Shown here: positions 45,171-49,568 of the stretch, one piece after another
Position numbering within the stretch: the stretch's first letter is position 1
Layout: the number at the start of each line of letters is the position of its first letter
NCBI GenBank assembly: GCA_001873135.1
Contig: MNYP01000147.1
Span: 1 to 49,568, forward strand
Direction of reading: 5' to 3'
Source: Helicobacteraceae bacterium CG2_30_36_10
GTDB lineage: Bacteria > Campylobacterota > Campylobacteria > Campylobacterales > Sulfurimonadaceae
DNA length: 49,568 bases
The notes under the pieces: generated by a model
What the model was told of the DNA's origin: nothing
Seen by the model: only the letters and a program-made list of their open reading frames with translations
Database searches by the model: none
Translations under genes and position numbers: made by a program

Positions 45171-45754
45171 TTCTTTTTGCCTTTTGCTAACTTTTTAAGT
45201 AGTTTTCTCAGTAAGGCATCACTTGGATAAACGCTCAGTGCGCTTTCTAAATAAGTCAGTGCCATTTCTGCAAAACCATTTTCGATTAAATTATCTAAAA
45301 AATCTAAAAAATCTTCTTTTTTGGTAATGATCACACGGGTTGAAAACATTATATTTTCAAAAGTCTCTTTAAAACTTTTTCCACTATCTATGATGTCTTT
45401 AAAATCTTGATACAGTATTCCATCTTCAAACTCCAGTCTACTTCGCAAAGGTTCAGCAAATACCTCACTTAATTTTTCCAGATTTCCATCTAAATCATGC
45501 AATATATCATTCATAATATTATCAGCTTCTTCTTTGTCATTTTCTTTTAAAATTTCATAGTAATCAAAGAGAGCTTCAGCTCCACCCTCTCCGCTCATCG
45601 CCATCTCCGAGAGTATCACTCCGTTGTATGCCTCTTTGGAATTAGGATAATTTTGTAATACCATAGCAAATTTTTCTAGCGCTCTTTTATATTCTGATTT
45701 AGAGAAGCTATCATTTGCTTGTGATAATATTTTATATTTACTTATTGTGCTCAT
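45167..45754 (-). CDS. Conserved hypothetical TPR-like protein
   Basis: Helical, TPR-like termini; 4-nt overlap with murE. Confidence 0.75.
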   Translation of the reverse strand: MSTISKYKILSQANDSFSKSEYKRALEKFAMVLQNYPNSKEAYNGVILSEMAMSGEGGAEALFDYYEILKENDKEEADNIMNDILHDLDGNLEKLSEVFAEPLRSRLEFEDGILYQDFKDIIDSGKSFKETFENIMFSTRVIITKKEDFLDFLDNLIENGFAEMALTYLESALSVYPSDALLRKLLKKLAKGKKN

Positions 45755-45767
45755 ATTTTTACTTTTT

Positions 45768-46043
45768 TTATAAATTATCTATATCGTTTTCCATACCACT
45801 TGGTACATTTACAACACAAATTTCAGGATGAATATCCATTCGAAGTTGTCTTTCAACTCCATATTTTAGCGTACTGCTACTACTTGAACACCCTATACAT
45901 GCACCTTTGAGCTGAACATATACTTTTGAATTTTTCACTGTTATAAAATCGATATCGCCACCGTCTAATGCTAAAGATGGGCGCACCTTATTTATAACAT
46001 TTATAACCGGAGCCATCAGTTCTTCGTCAGAAAATGGAATCAT
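45768..46043 (-). CDS. NifU C-terminal (Nfu) domain protein
   Basis: VRPSLALDGGD, LKGACIGC. Confidence 0.9.
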   Translation of the reverse strand: MIPFSDEELMAPVINVINKVRPSLALDGGDIDFITVKNSKVYVQLKGACIGCSSSSSTLKYGVERQLRMDIHPEICVVNVPSGMENDIDNL

Positions 46044-46135
46044 TATTATCCTTCGTATAATATATTTATTTAATTATCATAAAATATGACAAAATCGCTT
46101 AACAAGTCATAAAAAATATAACTAGGTTTTCTTTT

Positions 46136-47353
46136 TTAATCTAGCAATGAAAATATTTCATGCACATACCTCGGTTTTCTCATGCCAACAAGTATATAAT
46201 CAATACTACTTTTATTCATCAAAAACCTCAATGAACACGCTTGAATTGAACTATGACACTCTTTTAGTAACTCTTTAAATTTAACTCTAGTATTTTTAGA
46301 ACACTCATATGCTACCATACTTCTATAATCTTGCAAGAAAAGATCTATAAAGCTAAATATTGTCTCTTTATTTTCTTCATCAAGAACTTCTAAAGACTTT
46401 ACTATGTGAGGTAATATTTGAGAATATAAAAAAGAATCATAATCTCCAATCCAACCAAACTTATGCTTATTATCGTCTAATTGTTCTAAAAGATTAAATA
46501 GAGGTCTTAATAATTTATTGTCACTCACTTCCATTAACTCATTAAAATGATTATCGTATTGCATACTTTCATCATAATCTGCTAGCCTGTACATTAAGCC
46601 TTCATACTGTGCATTTAAAGGTCTATTTACAAGAACTCTTATTCCATTTTCTTTAGCCCATGAAGCACATTTTAGCCCATCTTGCTCAAGTAAATTTATA
46701 GGAAGTTCTATTGTAGAAAAACTATGCTTTTCATTTCCGACTTCTGCACACGCATCACTTGCTAAAGTCAATAAATCTTCGTAAGGTAAAAATTCTTCAT
46801 GATTACTTTTTTTTGAAAAACTGTTTGAACTAATGCCATAAGAACTAATTCTACCGTTTTGGACTTCTAATTCAAGTCCCATAAAAGCATCAAAGAGCCT
46901 TTTTTGCATCTCTTCTAATCGCTCCTCTTTATCAATACCTCTATTGATTGCATCTAAAAGATAGTATTCCGGATTATGCATTAAATAACAATCTAGTTTT
47001 TTCATCTGTAGTCTTTGAAGAGATTGAGTCAGTTGATCGTGCATAAATGACTGAGATATAGAGTGAAAACAATCTTGGCTATATTCAACGACCTCCTCAA
47101 AAGGGGTCTCTTTATGTAACTGCATGTTAGTATTTTGAATATAACCGAATTTACTGACAATTTCTATCTTAGTTTTTGTATCATCATCAAAAGTACTTAA
47201 AGCTAAAGCGATAGCTCTTTCAGCACCGCCATCCATGTAATTTGATGAAGTATCAATCATTGCAACGCCAGATACTACAGCTTCTCTTAAACTAGCAATA
47301 TGCTGAGGGTTGTTATCACTTATTCTATATGTTCCAAATGCGAAATTACTCAT
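46136..47353 (-). CDS. Aldo/keto reductase family protein
   Basis: FGTYR, IDTSSNY, SKFG, LDCYLMHNP, YGISSN, VGMR. Confidence 0.85.
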   Translation of the reverse strand: MSNFAFGTYRISDNNPQHIASLREAVVSGVAMIDTSSNYMDGGAERAIALALSTFDDDTKTKIEIVSKFGYIQNTNMQLHKETPFEEVVEYSQDCFHSISQSFMHDQLTQSLQRLQMKKLDCYLMHNPEYYLLDAINRGIDKEERLEEMQKRLFDAFMGLELEVQNGRISSYGISSNSFSKKSNHEEFLPYEDLLTLASDACAEVGNEKHSFSTIELPINLLEQDGLKCASWAKENGIRVLVNRPLNAQYEGLMYRLADYDESMQYDNHFNELMEVSDNKLLRPLFNLLEQLDDNKHKFGWIGDYDSFLYSQILPHIVKSLEVLDEENKETIFSFIDLFLQDYRSMVAYECSKNTRVKFKELLKECHSSIQACSLRFLMNKSSIDYILVGMRKPRYVHEIFSLLD

Positions 47354-47395
47354 TATTTGTTAATCCTATCTAAAATGAATTCATGCTCAAGTAGT

Positions 47396-47410
47396 TTGGC
47401 ATGTGGAAAT
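47396..47410 (+). repeat. Single intergenic copy of TTGGCATGTGGAAAT
   Basis: Exact 15-mer between the rplQ terminator and the AKR start. Confidence 0.85.
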
Positions 47411-47434
47411 AGTTTTGAAGGTTATTATGGGAGG

Positions 47435-47467
47435 TTTAAAGGTGAAGCCGAAGCTTCAATCTTTAAA
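47435..47467 (-). terminator. Hairpin after rplQ
   Basis: TTTAAAG-GTGAAGC-CGAA-GCTTCAAT-CTTTAAA, giving a UUCG loop on the minus strand. Confidence 0.65.
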
Positions 47468-47476
47468 TGTAGAGTC

Positions 47477-47827
47477 TTATACTAGTTCGATAAATGCCAT
47501 AGTAGTAGCATCACCACGACGAATACGAGTTCTATTAATTCTTGTATAGCCACCTGGACGGTCAACATATTTAGGAGCTATTTCATTCACTAATTTTTTT
47601 GTTGCTTCTTTACTTTGAAGCGCTGCAAATACTGATCTGTGAGCATTTGAGTCATTCTTACCAGCAACTGTGATAAGTTTTTCAACATAAGAACTAAGTT
47701 CTTTTGCTTTTTCAATAGTAGTCTCTATTTTACCATGTTCTATTAACGAAATACTTAGGTTCATAAGTAGAGCTGCACGGTGTGAGCTTGTACGACCTAG
47801 TTTACGGTATCCATGACGATGTCTCAT
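47477..47827 (-). CDS. rplQ: 50S ribosomal protein L17
   Basis: [29 protein letters not shown]. Confidence 0.99.
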   Translation of the reverse strand: MRHRHGYRKLGRTSSHRAALLMNLSISLIEHGKIETTIEKAKELSSYVEKLITVAGKNDSNAHRSVFAALQSKEATKKLVNEIAPKYVDRPGGYTRINRTRIRRGDATTMAFIELV

Positions 47828-47842
47828 CTGTAAATCCTCTTG

Positions 47843-48841
47843 TTAAGCTTCTTTAGCTTCTATTTTCTTTTTTAATGCTATTGCAACATCATCTGCTAGA
47901 TCTGCACCAACTGCAAAACCAAACTCTTGTACTTTATCTACAATTTCATCATATGATTTTTTACCCAAGTTTTTAACATTTTTAAGATCATTAGTACTCA
48001 TAAGTACTATCTCACCAATCAATTTAATACTTGAACGGTCTAAACAGTTAAAACTACGAGCGCTTAATCCTAAGCTATCAACACTTGTTGTTAATTTTTT
48101 GAGATCAGGATTCTCTTCTACTCTCTCTATTGCTACAGGAGCTTTGATGCTGATTTCACTATTAAATACTGCAAGTTGTGCATACATAACTTCTAATGAA
48201 TTTCTAAATGCTTCTAGTGGAGAAATTTGTCCATCAGTTCTAATGTTAATAATAACTCTTTCGAAGTTAGGATTATCTGCAACTAGTACATTTTCAATTT
48301 TATAAGTTGCACTACGAACAGGAGTGAAATAAGCATCTAAAGCTATATAACCATCTTCTAATTCATCATGAGTATCTTCACTTGCTACATAACCAATTCC
48401 TTGAGCAATTTTAATTGAAAAGCTCAAAGTAGAATCTTCATTCAGTGTTGCAAGATGCGCATTAGGAGTAACAATTTCTACTTCTTCACAGTTTAAATCT
48501 GAGCCTTTAATTGTACAAGGACCAGTAAAGCTATAGTTAATTTCTGCTTCAGTAGCATTACCGTTAAGCTTAAAGCGAATCTCTTTAAGATTTAAGATAA
48601 AGTCTGAAATATCTTCAAGCATACCGCGAACTGAGTCAAACTCATGTTTAGCACCCTCGATTTTGATAGCTATTGGAGCATAACCAACTGAACTGCTTAA
48701 TAAAAAACGGCGAAGTGGATGAGCTAAAGAAATAGCATATCCTGTTTCAAAAGGAAATGCCATAATGTTAGCTTCATTCTCACTAATTTGTTCTACCTCA
48801 AACTCTTGTGGAGTAAGTGGAGTAGTTTTAATTTTTTTCAT
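47843..48841 (-). CDS. rpoA: RNA polymerase alpha subunit
   Basis: [26 protein letters not shown]. Confidence 0.99.
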   Translation of the reverse strand: MKKIKTTPLTPQEFEVEQISENEANIMAFPFETGYAISLAHPLRRFLLSSSVGYAPIAIKIEGAKHEFDSVRGMLEDISDFILNLKEIRFKLNGNATEAEINYSFTGPCTIKGSDLNCEEVEIVTPNAHLATLNEDSTLSFSIKIAQGIGYVASEDTHDELEDGYIALDAYFTPVRSATYKIENVLVADNPNFERVIINIRTDGQISPLEAFRNSLEVMYAQLAVFNSEISIKAPVAIERVEENPDLKKLTTSVDSLGLSARSFNCLDRSSIKLIGEIVLMSTNDLKNVKNLGKKSYDEIVDKVQEFGFAVGADLADDVAIALKKKIEAKEA

Positions 48842-48862
48842 TCTTACGCCTTTTTTTAATTA

Positions 48863-49489
48863 CTATTTCGAGTAAAGTTCAACGATTAAACGTTCTTCAA
48901 CAGGAATAACAACTTCTTCACGCTCTGGTAAACGAGTAAAAATACCAAAAACTTTTTCAGCATCTATATCTACCCATGGAGCTAAACCAGTTTGGTTAGT
49001 TAACTCTATAGCACGAACAATTTGTACATTTTTCTTACTTGCTTCACGAACTTCTATTTTCTGACCAGGACTTACACGGTAAGAAGGAATATCAACTCTT
49101 TTGCCATTTACTAAGAAATGACCATGAGTTACAAGTTGACGAGCAAAACGACGAGTTGAAGCAAAACCCATACGATAAACAACGTTATCTAGTCTGCTTT
49201 CAATTAAAGTAATTAGGTTTGTACCGGTATTACCCTCTCTTCTTTTTGCCTCAACGAATAGCGCACGGAATTGTTTCTCAGAAACACCATACATGAATTT
49301 CGCTTTTTGTTTTTCGTTTAACTGTAAACCGTATTCAGAAACTTTCTTACGACGTTGACCATGTTGACCAGGACCGTAAGGTCTTTTTTCTAATGCTGAT
49401 TTCCCTGCTAAACGACGCTCACCTTTAAGGTTAAGACTAACACCAAATCTTCTTTCGATTTTTTCTACTGGACCTCTATATCTTGCCAT
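48863..49489 (-). CDS. rpsD: 30S ribosomal protein S4
   Basis: [29 protein letters not shown]. Confidence 0.99.
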   Translation of the reverse strand: MARYRGPVEKIERRFGVSLNLKGERRLAGKSALEKRPYGPGQHGQRRKKVSEYGLQLNEKQKAKFMYGVSEKQFRALFVEAKRREGNTGTNLITLIESRLDNVVYRMGFASTRRFARQLVTHGHFLVNGKRVDIPSYRVSPGQKIEVREASKKNVQIVRAIELTNQTGLAPWVDIDAEKVFGIFTRLPEREEVVIPVEERLIVELYSK

Positions 49490-49500
49490 CAGTAATCTCC

Positions 49501-49568
49501 TTAAACTCTACGACGCTTAGGTGCGCGACAACCATTGTGTGGTAACGGTGTAACATCTTTCATAAATG
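49501..49568 (-). CDS. rpsK: 30S ribosomal protein S11, 3' end only (cut by the window edge)
   Basis: Hand translation ...[21 protein letters not shown]-stop. Confidence 0.96.
   Translation of the reverse strand, partial: FMKDVTPLPHNGCRAPKRRRV

Overview
Core-chromosome window from an AT-rich Campylobacterota bacterium; gene order and protein style suggest Sulfurimonas or a relative (inference). The left part is the minus-strand tRNA(Thr-Tyr-Gly-Thr)-tuf-rpmG-tRNA(Trp)-secE-nusG-rplKAJL-rpoB-rpoC cluster, with rpoB and rpoC unfused. Next is a cyclic-nucleotide module: a FecR-like secreted protein, a CHASE2 class III cyclase and a GAF/HD-GYP/metallo-beta-lactamase fusion. After yaaA and a TrmH-family methyltransferase comes a ~15 kb denitrification island (norC, norB, nirS, cytochrome c, nirJ, nirF, nirE, Crp/Fnr regulator, precorrin-2 dehydrogenase, fused nirDL) with several uncharacterised small membrane proteins and three FNR/Dnr-type boxes. 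The right part holds housekeeping genes (tkt, ispA, ybaB, panD, murE, nifU-like) and the rpsK-rpsD-rpoA-rplQ operon end. The most striking unexplained signal is a non-palindromic motif, TTGGCATGTGGAAAT (core GCATGTGGA). I counted 15 core copies by eye, on both strands, inside genes in several reading frames and as inverted pairs at gene ends. This resembles Neisseria/Pasteurellaceae DNA uptake sequences, which I do not know to be described in this phylum. No CRISPR array or transposase was seen.
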